The notes: generated from the letters alone by a model not told the origin. A DNA stretch of 64,000 bases from an uncultured Gammaproteobacteria bacterium (GCA_963792875.1 CAWBXV010000002.1:918335-982334), one strand, 5' to 3'; counted from the stretch's first letter, positions 28,518-41,808 are shown. Program-made: numbers and translations.

Positions 28518-28659
28518 GGCGATCTCCTGGCGGCCCTGGCATCCCGCTGCTGCGGGTGACGGGGCCGAAAAAGGTGTAGTTGCGGGATATACGCAGCCGC
28601 GCTGGCATTGGACGGCGCGGCCACCGCCCGGGGGTGAACCAGGGTCGGGGCGGTGCCTG

Positions 28660-30120
28660 TCAGATGCCCCCCAGGCACAGGTATTTGATCTCCAGATAGT
28701 CGTCGAGGCCGTACTTCGACCCCTCCCGGCCGTGGCCGGATTCCTTGATGCCGCCGAAGGGCGCCACCGGCGTCGAGACCAGGCCCTCGTTGACGCCGAT
28801 GATGCCGTACTCCAGGGCTTCGCCGACGCGCCAGACGCGGCCGATATCCCTGCTGTAAAAGTAGGCGGCCAGGCCGTACGGCGTGTCGTTGGCCAGCGCC
28901 AGCGCCTCGGCCTCGGTACGGAACCGGTACAGGGGCGCCACCGGGCCGAAGATCTCCTCCCGGAACACCCGCATCCGGGGGGTGGCGTCAGCGAGCACCG
29001 TGGGCGCGAGAAAATTGCCCTGGAGGCCGGCCGTGCCGCTGCCGCCGGTGAGGACGCGGGCGCCCTGGGCGATGGCGTCGTCGATCAGGCTGCGCACCTT
29101 CTGCGTGGCCGCGGCGTCGATCAGTGGACCCACCTGTACGCCCTCGTCGACGCCATTGCCAACGCGCAGTGTCCGCGAGGCCTGACAGAATTTCTCGGCA
29201 AAGGCGTCGTAGACCGCGTCCTGCACCAGCAGGCGGTTGGCGCAGACGCAGGTCTGGCCGGCGTTGCGGTATTTGGACACCATCGCGCCGGCGACCGCGG
29301 CGTCGAGGTCGGCGTCATCGAACACGATGAAGGGAGCGTTGCCGCCGAGCTCCATCGAGGTGCGCTTGACCGTGCCTGCACAGCGCGCCAGCAGGGTCTT
29401 GCCGACGGCTGTGGAGCCGGTAAAGGTGAGCTTGCGCACCAGGGGATTGGCGGTCAGCTCCTCGCCGATGGCCTGCGTGTCGCCGCTGACCATGTTGATG
29501 GTGCCGGGCGGGAAGCCCGCCCGCTCGGCCAGCACCGCCAGCGCAAAGGCCGACAGCGGGGTGGCGCTGGCCGGCTTGCACACCACGGTGCAGCCGGCCG
29601 CCAGAGCGGCGCCGAGTTTGCGCCCGAGCATGGCGCTCGGAAAATTCCAGGGCGTGATGCAGGCGACGACGCCGATGGCCTGTTTGATCACCAGGATGCG
29701 CTGGTCGGGCCTCGGCGCGGGGATGGTGTCGCCGTAGACGCGCCGGGCCTCCTCGGCGAACCACTCGATGAAGCCCGCGCTGTAGGCGATCTCAGCGCGG
29801 GCCTCGGCCAGGGGCTTGCCCTGCTCCGCCGTGAGGATGCGTGCCAGATCGTCCTGGTGCGCCATCATCAGCTGATAGAGCCGGCGCAGCAGCTCGGCGC
29901 GCCCGGCGGCGGTCCGGCCGCGCCAGGCGGGCAGTGCGCGCTGCGCCGCGTCGATCGCGCGCTGCGTCTCCGCGGCGCCGCAGCGCGGCACGGAGGCCAG
30001 CAGCGCACCGGTGGCGGGGTTGACGACCGGCGCCGTGGCGCCGTCGCGGGCGTCGATCCACTCGCCGTCGATGGGAACGCGCCGGGCCAGCAGGCCGGGG
30101 TCCTGCAGTGAAAGCGTCAT
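28660..30120 (-). CDS. gabD: succinate-semialdehyde dehydrogenase (NADP+), GabD-like
   Basis: 486 aa ALDH. GabD-like N-terminus (IDGEWIDA...VVNPATGA), with FTGSTAVGK, ELGGNAP and NAGQTCVCANR. Confidence 0.85.
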   Translation of the reverse strand: MTLSLQDPGLLARRVPIDGEWIDARDGATAPVVNPATGALLASVPRCGAAETQRAIDAAQRALPAWRGRTAAGRAELLRRLYQLMMAHQDDLARILTAEQGKPLAEARAEIAYSAGFIEWFAEEARRVYGDTIPAPRPDQRILVIKQAIGVVACITPWNFPSAMLGRKLGAALAAGCTVVCKPASATPLSAFALAVLAERAGFPPGTINMVSGDTQAIGEELTANPLVRKLTFTGSTAVGKTLLARCAGTVKRTSMELGGNAPFIVFDDADLDAAVAGAMVSKYRNAGQTCVCANRLLVQDAVYDAFAEKFCQASRTLRVGNGVDEGVQVGPLIDAAATQKVRSLIDDAIAQGARVLTGGSGTAGLQGNFLAPTVLADATPRMRVFREEIFGPVAPLYRFRTEAEALALANDTPYGLAAYFYSRDIGRVWRVGEALEYGIIGVNEGLVSTPVAPFGGIKESGHGREGSKYGLDDYLEIKYLCLGGI

Positions 30121-30159
30121 GGCGGCTGTCTCCCGATGGCGGTTGGGCGGGCGTCTGCT

Positions 30160-31116
30160 TCAGCCGGGGCTGCGGCGCGTGCGGGCCAGCCAGACCTCCA
30201 GCCCCTGGGCATTGAGATCGATATCCATGGCCAGCCAGTCCAGGGCGGCGTCACCCTGCAGGCCCCACTCCTGCTGCCGGGCGCGCTCGCACACCCAGTC
30301 CGACAGGCTCCGCTTGATGGCGTCGATGCGCGCCTGGCCGCTGCCGGGTGCGGCCAGGGCGATGGCCACGTGGGCGTCGATGGTCTCCTTGAGGTCGCGG
30401 GTGAGGCGCGGGATGTCCCGGATCTGGCTGTAATGGGTCAGATAGATGGCCTCCGGCTTGAATGACGCCAGCCGGTCGATGGAGCGGTGCAGGGCGACCG
30501 GATCGAAATGCACGGGCGTGGTCGTGGCGAACATGAACTGGCGTCCCTGGTGGTCGAACTGGCGGTAGGACAGGCCGAAGGTGTCGCCGGTGAAGATGTG
30601 CCCGGTCTTGCGGTCGACGATGCAGATGTGGTGCAGGGCGTGCCCGGGTGTTTGCAGCAGCAGCAGCTCCCGCTGCCCGAGTCTCAGCACGGCCTCGTCG
30701 GCCGCCTCGAGCACCCGTTCGGCGGGCACCGGCAGGATGGTGCCATAGAGCCGCTCGGTCTGTTCCTCGCCGTACACCGCCCTGGTGCCGGCCACCAGCC
30801 TGGACGGGTCGACCATGTGCTGGCTGCCGCGCGGGTGCACCACCAGGCGCGCCTTGGGCAGCCTGGCCATCAGCTCGCCGGCGCCGCCGGCGTGGTCGAG
30901 GTGGATGTGGGTGAGAATGACGTAGGCTACCTGTTCGGGGGCCAGCCCGTACGCCGCCAGCGCTGCCATGACGGCGGGGGCGGAATGGCTGACGCCGGTG
31001 TCGATGATGGCGGCGGTGTCGCCCTCGATGATGAGGTGAATGGCATCGACCAGGGGCTTCACGTAGTCGGCGTCGATGGCGATGATGTCGTTATGGTAAT
31101 CCGTGATGTTTTGCAT
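30160..31116 (-). CDS. MBL-fold metallo-hydrolase
   Basis: Metal-binding motif THIHLDHAGG, with later His/Asp ligands (TPGHALHH, TGDTF). Confidence 0.85.
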   Translation of the reverse strand: MQNITDYHNDIIAIDADYVKPLVDAIHLIIEGDTAAIIDTGVSHSAPAVMAALAAYGLAPEQVAYVILTHIHLDHAGGAGELMARLPKARLVVHPRGSQHMVDPSRLVAGTRAVYGEEQTERLYGTILPVPAERVLEAADEAVLRLGQRELLLLQTPGHALHHICIVDRKTGHIFTGDTFGLSYRQFDHQGRQFMFATTTPVHFDPVALHRSIDRLASFKPEAIYLTHYSQIRDIPRLTRDLKETIDAHVAIALAAPGSGQARIDAIKRSLSDWVCERARQQEWGLQGDAALDWLAMDIDLNAQGLEVWLARTRRSPG

Positions 31117-31362
31117 GGTTCGCTTGCGCCTCTGGTGGCCAATAGAGCCCTGGAAGCCCCAATCCTAGCGGATTTGCCCCGGCGGGGCACGTTTCGCCGA
31201 GCGCTTCACGGTGTCCCGGCGCGTGCTTGCCGGCCATCCGCGGCGCTGCCTGCTCTTATCAACGCGCGGCCGTTGTGGCATAGTTGCGCCCCTTTTTTTC
31301 GTGGCAAGGGCGGCCCGTGCCAGCGCTCCGGCGCAGCGCCCCGTCTACTCAGGAGTTCGACT

Positions 31363-33159
31363 ATGAGCCAGTACCGTGCACCCCTGCGGGACATGCAATT
31401 TGTGATCAAAGAGTTGCTCGGCGTAGAGGACCACTACGCCCGCCTGAGCGGCTGTGAGGAGGTCGGCGAGGATCTGCTCGAGGCCATCAGCCAGAGCGGG
31501 GCCAAATTTGCCGAGCAGGTGCTGGCGCCGATCAACGGCTCCGGCGACAGCCAGGGTTGCCGCTTCGACCACGGCCAGGTGACGACGCCCGACGGCTTTG
31601 CCGAGGCCTTTCGCGAATTCGGCGCCGGCGGCTGGCAGGGATTGCGCATCCCGGTGGCCGATGGCGGGCAGGGCCTGCCGCCTTCGGCAGGCATTGCCGT
31701 GAGCGAGATGTTTGGCGCCGCCAACTACGCCTGGAGCATGTATCCCGGGCTGGCCCAGGCGCCGATCACCTGCATCAGGGCGGGTGGCACCGAGCAGCAG
31801 AAGCAGACCTGGCTGCCGCGGCTGATCAGCGGCGAGTGGGCCGGCACCATGTGCCTGACCGAGTCGCACTGCGGTTCCGACGTCGGCCTCGTGCGCACCA
31901 AGGCCATCGCCAACGGCGACGGCAGCTACCGCATCAGCGGCACCAAGATTTTCATCTCCGGTGGCGAGCACGACATGACCCCCAACATCATCCACGCCGT
32001 GCTGGCGCGGCTCGAGGGCGCACCGGCCGGCACCAAGGGCATCTCGCTGTTCATCGTGCCCAAGGTGCTGCTCAATGAGGATGGCTCGCTGGGCGAGCGC
32101 AACGCGGTGCACTGCGGGTCCATCGAGAAGAAGATGGGCATCAAGGGCTCGGCGACCTGCGTCATGAATTTCGATGGCGCCACCGGCTATCTGCTGGGCG
32201 AGGAAAATCGCGGCCTGGAGGTGATGTTCAAGATCATGAACGCCGCCCGCATCGGCACGGCGCTGCAGGGGGTGTCGCTCGGGGATGCATCGTTCCAGGG
32301 TGCGCTGGCCTATGCGCAGGAGCGTCTGCAGATGCGCGCCCTGTCCGGCCCCAAGAATCCCGACGGCCCGGCCGACCCCATCATCGTGCACCCGGACGTG
32401 CGCCGCATGCTGATGACGCAGAAGGCCCTGACCGAGGGCTCGCGCGCCTTCCTGTACTGGCTGTCGCGGCTGACTGACCTGGCCGAGTACGGTAGCGCCG
32501 AGGATGCCAAGGTGGCGGACGACCTGATGTCGGTGCTGACCCCCATCGCCAAGGCCTTCTGTACCGAGACCGGTTTTGAGGTGACGAGCCTCGGTGTGCA
32601 GGTCTATGGCGGCCACGGCTACATCCACGAGCACGGCATGGAGCAGCTGATGCGCGACATGCGCATCGCCATGATCTACGAGGGCACCACGGGCATTCAG
32701 TCGCTGGACCTGCTCGGCCGCAAGGTGATGGGCAGCGGCGGCGAGCTGCTGCGCAATTTCACCAAGCTGGTGCACAAGTTCTGCAAGGCCCATGCCGATG
32801 ACGAAGCCATGGCGGGCTTCATCGCGCCGCTGCAGGCGGCCAACGCCCAGTGGGGTGATCTCACCATGCAGATCGGCACCCGGGCGATGCAGAATCCCGA
32901 CGAGGTGGGCGCGGCCAGCGTGGATTTCACCATGTTCTCGGGCTACGTGGTGCTGGCCTATCTGTGGGCGCAGATGGCGCAGGTCGCCCAGCGCAAGCTG
33001 GCTGAAGGCGCTGCCGACAGGGCGTTCTACGAGGCCAAGCTGGTGACGGCACGCTATTACTTCGAGCGCATCCTGCCGCGCACCAGCGGCCACGCCGCCG
33101 GTGCGCTGGCCGGCGCGGACTCGGTCATGGCGCTCGATGCCGGGCACTTTGCCTTCTGA
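31363..33159 (+). CDS. large (~600 aa) acyl-CoA dehydrogenase, FadE-like
   Basis: ATG at 31363 is preceded by AGGAG. The product begins MSQYRAPLRDMQFVIKELLG and carries ACAD motifs (CLTESHCGSD, YEGTTGIQ) plus the C-terminal extension domain. The ORF-track start at 30487 runs antisense through the MBL gene. Confidence 0.9.
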   Translation: MSQYRAPLRDMQFVIKELLGVEDHYARLSGCEEVGEDLLEAISQSGAKFAEQVLAPINGSGDSQGCRFDHGQVTTPDGFAEAFREFGAGGWQGLRIPVADGGQGLPPSAGIAVSEMFGAANYAWSMYPGLAQAPITCIRAGGTEQQKQTWLPRLISGEWAGTMCLTESHCGSDVGLVRTKAIANGDGSYRISGTKIFISGGEHDMTPNIIHAVLARLEGAPAGTKGISLFIVPKVLLNEDGSLGERNAVHCGSIEKKMGIKGSATCVMNFDGATGYLLGEENRGLEVMFKIMNAARIGTALQGVSLGDASFQGALAYAQERLQMRALSGPKNPDGPADPIIVHPDVRRMLMTQKALTEGSRAFLYWLSRLTDLAEYGSAEDAKVADDLMSVLTPIAKAFCTETGFEVTSLGVQVYGGHGYIHEHGMEQLMRDMRIAMIYEGTTGIQSLDLLGRKVMGSGGELLRNFTKLVHKFCKAHADDEAMAGFIAPLQAANAQWGDLTMQIGTRAMQNPDEVGAASVDFTMFSGYVVLAYLWAQMAQVAQRKLAEGAADRAFYEAKLVTARYYFERILPRTSGHAAGALAGADSVMALDAGHFAF

Positions 33160-33201
33160 GCCCGGTCGCCGGGGACGGGTTTCAGCGCTCGTTCCCGGCG
33201 C

Positions 33202-33852
33202 TCACACGACGGATTTCAGCGCGGCGAATTTCAGCTCGTCGGCGACGTGCTCGGCGGAATTGGATATTTCGCACAGGGCGGTCAGCAGCTGCGTAATGTG
33301 GATGCGTGAACTGAGCGGCAGCCGTGAGGAGAAGATCCACTGGGTCAGCGCCACCTGGCGCCGGTCGATTTCGCTCTCGAGCTTGCCGACCCGGGCCGCG
33401 TGGGCGTCGAGATCCTCGATTGCGCCCTGCGGTTTGTAGTAGCACGACAGCGCCTTGAGCAATTGGTCGTAGCATGCCAGGTTCAGCGCCAGAATCGCCT
33501 GGAATTCCTCGTGGTACTCCTGGGGGATCATCGGTGACTGGTCGGCCAGAAAGCGGGCGATGTCCTCGCCCTCGCCGGCCACGTGATCGACGGCCTCGAT
33601 GAGTCGATACACGTCAGAGCGGATCGTCGGCAGGAAGGCGCCCGCTTGCAGCACTTCACAGGCCTCGCGCTTGAGGTCGTCCGCGCGGGACTCGAGTTTG
33701 CCCACCCGCCTGACGTGTTCGCTGAAGTCCGGCCCCGGTCCCGCCAGGTAGTCCTGCAGCGTGTCGCGGGTGGCCTGCAGGCAGCGCGCCACGGTGGCGG
33801 CGTGTTCCAGGGCCAGCTTTCTGACCGTCTTTTCCTTTTTGAAGATCAACAT
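33202..33852 (-). CDS. DUF47/TIGR00153 family protein (PhoU-like Pit accessory protein)
   Basis: 216 aa predicted helical protein located immediately downstream of the PiT transporter gene, which is the classic pairing. Confidence 0.8.
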   Translation of the reverse strand: MLIFKKEKTVRKLALEHAATVARCLQATRDTLQDYLAGPGPDFSEHVRRVGKLESRADDLKREACEVLQAGAFLPTIRSDVYRLIEAVDHVAGEGEDIARFLADQSPMIPQEYHEEFQAILALNLACYDQLLKALSCYYKPQGAIEDLDAHAARVGKLESEIDRRQVALTQWIFSSRLPLSSRIHITQLLTALCEISNSAEHVADELKFAALKSVV

Positions 33853-33902
33853 GGCGCATTACCCGTCGTTGTGTTGCCGCGGTGCCGATGGCCCCCGCCT
33901 CG

Positions 33903-34940
33903 CTAGCCTGATGGCAGCAGTTTGAACAGGCCGGCGGCCAGCGCAGCCGCTCCCAGGGGCGTGAGCACCCAGCCCAGAAAAATATTGCGCAGGCTGCGCG
34001 CGCTGACCGCCGCCATGCCCTTGGTCAGGCCCACGCCAACCACGCCGCCCACGATGGCCTGCGAGGTCGATACCGGGATGCCGGCAACGGAAAAGGCGTG
34101 CACGCCGACGGCGGCGCCAAGCTGTGCGGCCAGGGCGCCGCTGTAGTCCAGGGGCGTGATGCTCTTGCCCACGGTGTCCGTAACCCGGGCGCCGAAGGTC
34201 ATGGCCCCTACCGCCATGGCGATGCCGCCCAGCAGCGCAAGCCCGACGCCGTGCTCCGGAAACCTGCCCAGCAGGGGGCCAATGGCATTGCCCACGTCAT
34301 TGGCGCCCAGTGAGAACGACACGTACGCAGCCGACACGACCACCCCGGCGGCGGTCGCCCGGTGCCAGGTCATGGACCTGGCGCCGCGCCCCAGCCGGAT
34401 GAGCAGCAGGTAGATACAGCAGGACAGCAGCATGGTGAGAGCCGGGCTGATGATCCAGGCCAGGAAGATTTTCGCCAGCACGCCCAGCTTGAAGTAGGCC
34501 GGCTGCAGGCCGACGATGCCGATGCCGGTGCCGGCCACGCCGCCGACGATGGCCTGGGAGGTCGACACCGGCACTCTGAAGAACGTGGCGAGGGTGACGA
34601 ACAGCCCGGCGCAGATCAGCGCGACGAACACGGCGCGGTCGGGCACGCGGCCCTCGGGAAAGAAGGCCGCCAGTTCGGGGCCGGGCGGCTGTCCATGGTG
34701 AGCCTGGTAGGTGGCGGCGTCAGTGATCACGATGCCCTTGCCGACGGTCTCCATCACCTGCTGACCCTGCAGCGCGCCGCCGAGGATCACGAAGACGGCC
34801 ATGAGCACGACGGCTTTGCGATAGGGTATAATCCGCGCCCCCACGGTCGTGCCGATGCAGTTGGCGGCGTCGTTGGCGCCGATGTTCCAGCCGACGTAGA
34901 AGCCGGTCAGCAACAGCAGCGGTGCGGTCAGTATCTCCAT
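33903..34940 (-). CDS. inorganic phosphate transporter, PiT (PHO4) family
   Basis: The duplicated GANDxxN signature (GANDAANCIGT and GANDVGNAIGP) is present in a polytopic membrane protein. Confidence 0.9.
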   Translation of the reverse strand: MEILTAPLLLLTGFYVGWNIGANDAANCIGTTVGARIIPYRKAVVLMAVFVILGGALQGQQVMETVGKGIVITDAATYQAHHGQPPGPELAAFFPEGRVPDRAVFVALICAGLFVTLATFFRVPVSTSQAIVGGVAGTGIGIVGLQPAYFKLGVLAKIFLAWIISPALTMLLSCCIYLLLIRLGRGARSMTWHRATAAGVVVSAAYVSFSLGANDVGNAIGPLLGRFPEHGVGLALLGGIAMAVGAMTFGARVTDTVGKSITPLDYSGALAAQLGAAVGVHAFSVAGIPVSTSQAIVGGVVGVGLTKGMAAVSARSLRNIFLGWVLTPLGAAALAAGLFKLLPSG

Positions 34941-35092
34941 GGGTGGCGGGCGCTCTGGTATGCTGGAGTGCGGGCAGGTTCCGACTCGTGCCGACTGCTA
35001 TCGCAGCCAGTTTGCCAAGGCCCCGCGAGGGTGACAACCCGTTTGTGCTGGGTTACTTTGCCCCTGTGGAGACAGCAGGTGTCGGAGGTGGT

Positions 35093-35383
35093 ATGGATTG
35101 TTCCCTGAGTGCCGACGAGGAGCGGCGCTTTGCGGCCTGGCTGCATTCGCCAAGCGTATTCGGGCCGGATCGCAATGAACTCATACTGGCCTGGAAGATC
35201 TCCCGGCAGTGCGGGACCGTACCTTCCCGCACCCTGCGTGCGCTGCGCGGGGTCGAGGGCGTCGATCCGGAACTCAGGGCGCGCCTCGAGCGCTTTGTCG
35301 AGCAGGAGCCGGGCCTGACCTTCGTCCAGGACCCGCCCGTGCGCCGGGTTGCGCTGGCGCAGCGGGCCGAGGGCTCGGGGTAG
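35093..35383 (+). CDS. hypothetical protein (96 aa)
   Basis: ATG at 35093 is preceded by GGAGGTGG. GC3-rich codons run through to 40 nt upstream of gcvT. I recognise no family. Confidence 0.35.
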   Translation: MDCSLSADEERRFAAWLHSPSVFGPDRNELILAWKISRQCGTVPSRTLRALRGVEGVDPELRARLERFVEQEPGLTFVQDPPVRRVALAQRAEGSG

Positions 35384-35422
35384 GGCAGGTCCGGGATTGC
35401 ACTTTTTGACGCGAGAACGCTT

Positions 35423-36550
35423 ATGGCAGTGACATCGGAGCAGGCTCTGCGGCACACGCCGCTGCACGCGCTGCATCTGGCAGCGGGTGGCCGGATGGTG
35501 CCGTTCGCCGGTTACAGCATGCCGGTGCAATACCGCGACGGCATCGTCAAGGAGCACCTGCATACGCGGCATGAGGCCGGGCTGTTCGATGTCTCCCACA
35601 TGGGCCAGCTGCGCCTGCGCGGCCCGGGCATCGCGGCGGCGCTGGAGCGGCTGCTGCCGCTGGACCTGCTGGACCTGCCCGTCAACCGGCAGCTCTACGG
35701 TCTGCTGACCAATGAGCAGGGCGGCATACGCGACGACCTCATCGTCTGCCGCTGGGGTGAAGACGATTTCTTCGTGGTGGTCAACGCCGCCTGCAAGGCC
35801 GACGATGCCGCCTATCTGCGCGAGCATCTGGTCGGTTTCGAGGTCGAGGAGATGACACAGCAGGCGCTGCTGGCCCTGCAGGGGCCGCGGGCGGTGAAGG
35901 TGCTGTCGACGCTCGCGCCGGCGCTCGCCGATCTGGTGTTCATGAGCGGCATGCGGGTGCGCCTGGCCGAGGCCGATTGCTTCGTCACGCGCTCCGGCTA
36001 CACCGGCGAAGACGGCTTCGAAATCTCCGTGCCGGCCGAAGACGCGGCCGCTCTGGCCAGGGTCCTGCTGGCCTTTGCCAGCGTGGCGCCGGTGGGACTG
36101 GGTGCGCGCGATTCGCTGCGGCTGGAGGCTGGGCTGTGTCTGTACGGGCACGACATGGACGCCAGCACGACGCCGGTCGAGGCGGGCCTGGCCTGGTCGA
36201 TCAGTCCCGCGCGCCGCCGCGGCGGCGCCCGGGCGGGCGGCTTCCCGGGTGCCGCCGCGATACTCGAGCAGGTCGCTGCGGGAGCGCCGCGGCGCCGGGT
36301 CGGCCTGGCCATCGCGGGCAGGGCGCCGGTGCGGGAGGGGGTGCAGCTGCAGACTCCCGACGGCGAACCGGCCGGCCGCGTCTGCAGCGGCGGATTTGGC
36401 CCCAGCGTAAAGGCGCCCATCGCCATGGCCTATGTGCCGGACCGTTTTGCCAGTCCGGGCACCACGCTGCAGGCCATCGTCAGAGGCAAGCCCCATGCGG
36501 TCACGGTCTGCCGGCTGCCCTTCGAGCCGCGGCGTTATCATCGGGGCTGA
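35423..36550 (+). CDS. gcvT: glycine cleavage system aminomethyltransferase (T protein)
   Basis: TPLHALHLAAGGRMVPFAGYSMPVQY...HEAGLFDVSHMGQ and GYTGEDGFEIS are present. Confidence 0.93.
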   Translation: MAVTSEQALRHTPLHALHLAAGGRMVPFAGYSMPVQYRDGIVKEHLHTRHEAGLFDVSHMGQLRLRGPGIAAALERLLPLDLLDLPVNRQLYGLLTNEQGGIRDDLIVCRWGEDDFFVVVNAACKADDAAYLREHLVGFEVEEMTQQALLALQGPRAVKVLSTLAPALADLVFMSGMRVRLAEADCFVTRSGYTGEDGFEISVPAEDAAALARVLLAFASVAPVGLGARDSLRLEAGLCLYGHDMDASTTPVEAGLAWSISPARRRGGARAGGFPGAAAILEQVAAGAPRRRVGLAIAGRAPVREGVQLQTPDGEPAGRVCSGGFGPSVKAPIAMAYVPDRFASPGTTLQAIVRGKPHAVTVCRLPFEPRRYHRG

Positions 36551-36589
36551 CGGCCCCCTGCCGGTGCTGCGCAGGCTCTTAGACTTCAA

Positions 36590-39508
<2,919 letters not shown>

Positions 39509-39546
39509 GCCAGCCCGCGCCGCCCAATCATCCAGAGGAGTCTGCA

Positions 39547-40500
39547 ATGCCCAACATACCGCTGCGAAAACTCGGTCAGACCAGCATTGAAATCAGCGCG
39601 CTGGGCCTCGGTGCCTGGCAGTTTTCCGGCGGCCGCGGGCTGATCGGAGGCTACTGGGAGGCCCTCGACGAGGCCACCACCCGCGCCATCGTCGAGGCGG
39701 CGGTGGCCGGCGGCATCAACTGGTTTGACACCGCCGAGGCCTATGGCGGCGGCGAGTCGGAGCGCAACCTGAGCCGGGCCTTGCGGCAGGCGGGCATCGG
39801 TAGCGATCAGGTACGCATCGCGACCAAGTGGTGGCCGGTATTGAGAACTGCCGATCACCTGCGCGCCACCATCGACGAGCGCCTGGACTGCCTCGGCGGC
39901 TATCCGATCGCGCATTACATCGTGCATCAGCCGCTGTCGCTGTCGTCCATCCATCGGCAGATGAATACCATGGCGGACCTGATGGACGAGGGCAGGATCG
40001 AGTCGGTGGGCATCTCCAATTTCACGGCTCGCGGCATGCGCCAGTGTCACGAGGTGCTGAGCCGCCGTGGTTATGGCCTGGCCGCGCACCAGGTGCGCTA
40101 CAGCATGCTGTTCCGCAAGATCGAGAGCAACGGCGTGCTGGATGCGGCCAGAGAGCTGGGCACCACCATCATCGCCTGGTCGCCGTTGGAACAGGGCCTG
40201 CTCACGGGCCGCTTTCACGAGCTGGGCAAGGTGCCGGACAGCGTGTCGTGGATGCGCAAGGGCATGATCGGCAACCGTCTGGAGAAGACGCGCCCGCTGA
40301 TCGACCGCATGCGCGAGCTGGGTGAGAAATACCAGGCTACGGTGTCCCAGATCGCCTTGAACTACCTGATTCACGCCCAGGGTGATACCGTGGTGGCCAT
40401 TCCCGGGGCGTCCAGGGTCTCACAGGTGGAGCAGAATGTGGGCGCGCTGCGCTTCCGCTTGGCGCCGGAGGATATCGAGGAATTGACCGCGCTGTGTTGA
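39547..40500 (+). CDS. aldo/keto reductase
   Basis: ATG at 39547 is preceded by GAGGAG. The product begins MPNIPLRKLGQTSIEISALGLGAWQFSG with AKR signature regions. The ORF-track start at 38698 is an out-of-context extension inside gcvP. Confidence 0.9.
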   Translation: MPNIPLRKLGQTSIEISALGLGAWQFSGGRGLIGGYWEALDEATTRAIVEAAVAGGINWFDTAEAYGGGESERNLSRALRQAGIGSDQVRIATKWWPVLRTADHLRATIDERLDCLGGYPIAHYIVHQPLSLSSIHRQMNTMADLMDEGRIESVGISNFTARGMRQCHEVLSRRGYGLAAHQVRYSMLFRKIESNGVLDAARELGTTIIAWSPLEQGLLTGRFHELGKVPDSVSWMRKGMIGNRLEKTRPLIDRMRELGEKYQATVSQIALNYLIHAQGDTVVAIPGASRVSQVEQNVGALRFRLAPEDIEELTALC

Positions 40501-40626
40501 CGCGCGCCCGGCGTGCCTCCAAGCTTTTGGTTTGGAGCGGCTGCCCGCTGTGTCTGCGCGCGCGTCGCTGCGGCGGTTGCCACGACAAAAGACCATAACA
40601 ATAGCTATCTTCAGCGGAGAGTCCCC

Positions 40627-41046
40627 ATGTTGAGAATGAAAATTGCCCTGGCGCTGGTCGCCAGTCTGGTCGCGCTGGGCAGCGCAGCGGATGAACTGGC
40701 GATCGAGCCGGGTCTGTGGGAGTTCACCTGGGAGCAGTCCAACTCCATGATGGGGGCCACTCAGGGCAAGACCGAGCGCGAATGTATCAAGGAGCGCAAG
40801 CGGTTCGATCCGGCTGAGATGGCTCGCGGCATGCAGGAGTGCACGCTGCTGGACAGCAAGCGCGTGGGCAACGAGCTGCAGTTCCGCATGGAGTGCATGG
40901 CGCAGGGCAAGCTCACGACGCTGGACGGCCGCCTCTTCACCGATGGCAGGACGGCCACCAGTGAGATGCACTTCAACTTGAAGGCCGGTCCCATGGAGAT
41001 GAAGATGAACATGAAATCGACCGGCAAGCGTATCGGCGACTGTTGA
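40627..41046 (+). CDS. DUF3617 family periplasmic protein
   Basis: Signal peptide MLRMKIALALVASLVALGSAA, followed by PGLWEFTWEQ and conserved Cys pairs typical of DUF3617. ATG at 40627 is preceded by GGAGAG. Confidence 0.7.
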   Translation: MLRMKIALALVASLVALGSAADELAIEPGLWEFTWEQSNSMMGATQGKTERECIKERKRFDPAEMARGMQECTLLDSKRVGNELQFRMECMAQGKLTTLDGRLFTDGRTATSEMHFNLKAGPMEMKMNMKSTGKRIGDC

Positions 41047-41259
41047 CCTCACCACCCGCTGCCATCACCCGGATACGTATTCCCGGCGGATCACTTGCGC
41101 CAAGCCTGAGCGCTGTCTCGGTATCTGCCTGAGGGACTGCCGTGCGGTACTCAGACAGGTAGGTGAAAGGCCGCGCATGGCCGCGACAACACCTGACTGT
41201 GCGCAACCGCCTGACCGGATAGACTGGCTCCACGTTATCGACAGCAAGGAGCTGAAGCA

Positions 41260-41394
41260 ATGAAGATGAAGAACCTGATGGCAATGCTCTATGTCTATGA
41301 CCTGGCCGTTCTCGACGAGGTATCCGGGCAACTGGAGAAGCGATCGCTCGATATCCTGTTCAGCAGAAAGCCTCAACTGGTCGGCGACTATTGA
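41260..41394 (+). CDS. candidate 44-aa small protein (below the ORF-track cutoff)
   Basis: AAGGAG at 41246-41251 lies 8 nt before the ATG. The product is MKMKNLMAMLYVYDLAVLDEVSGQLEKRSLDILFSRKPQLVGDY. The stop is followed 17 nt later by a canonical terminator. Confidence 0.35.
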   Translation: MKMKNLMAMLYVYDLAVLDEVSGQLEKRSLDILFSRKPQLVGDY

Positions 41395-41410
41395 TGGTCG
41401 CCAAACACCG

Positions 41411-41440
41411 ACCCGGCCCTCGCGCCGGGTTTTTTGTTTG
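41411..41440 (+). terminator. rho-independent terminator
   Basis: ACCCGGC-CCTCG-(C)GCCGGGT stem at 41411-41430, followed by TTTTTTGTTT. Confidence 0.6.
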
Positions 41441-41669
41441 CGGGGAGGCACTGCCGGGCGGGAAGCTGAGATTGCAGCCCCGCGTCACCGGTATCGCCGA
41501 TGCCGCCGCCAGCACACGACCGATGGCGCCAGTGGCAGATAAATCGGATTTCACGGCGTTAAAGGCCTATAGTGAGGTTGCACCGAGGTGACAGGTGAGA
41601 GCGGGGCCTAGGCAGTAGCGGGCGCCTCCCACCGTTGCCGTGCAAGCCCAGTTCGGGCAGGGAGCCAGC

Positions 41670-41801
41670 ATGTCGAAGATCCAGCGCAGCAACAGAGAAT
41701 CCAAAAAGCAGTCCACCCTCACACCCAAGGAAAGGAAAGCGGCCAAGCGGGACAAGAAGCAGGCCGGCGGGCATGTCCCGTTTATTATCAAGGACGCCTG
41801 A
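41670..41801 (+). CDS. candidate 43-aa lysine-rich small protein (below the ORF-track cutoff)
   Basis: GGGAG at 41660-41664 lies 5 nt before the ATG. The product is MSKIQRSNRESKKQSTLTPKERKAAKRDKKQAGGHVPFIIKDA. A 9-bp hairpin begins 8 nt after the stop. Confidence 0.35.
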   Translation: MSKIQRSNRESKKQSTLTPKERKAAKRDKKQAGGHVPFIIKDA

Positions 41802-41808
41802 ATCCCAT

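Noticed and set aside
31276-31287. TGGCAT-AG-TTGC in the MBL / acyl-CoA dehydrogenase divergent spacer, superficially like sigma54.
   Set aside because: The spacing between the GG and GC dinucleotides is about 3 nt too short for a -24/-12 promoter.
35386-35401. A sigma54-like element (GGCAGG...TTGCA) just upstream of gcvT. This is attractive because Pseudomonas gcv genes are sigma54/GcsR dependent.
   Set aside because: The GG-to-GC spacing is one nucleotide shorter than the invariant -24/-12 spacing. The element would also leave a 5'UTR of only ~8 nt. I did not see an upstream enhancer-like repeat.
34941-35422. An expected glycine riboswitch upstream of gcvT.
   Set aside because: None of the conserved aptamer blocks (GGAGAG, ACCGAAGGGGCAA, CUCAGGCAAAAGGAC) are present. 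The interval is largely occupied by a plausible 96-aa ORF.
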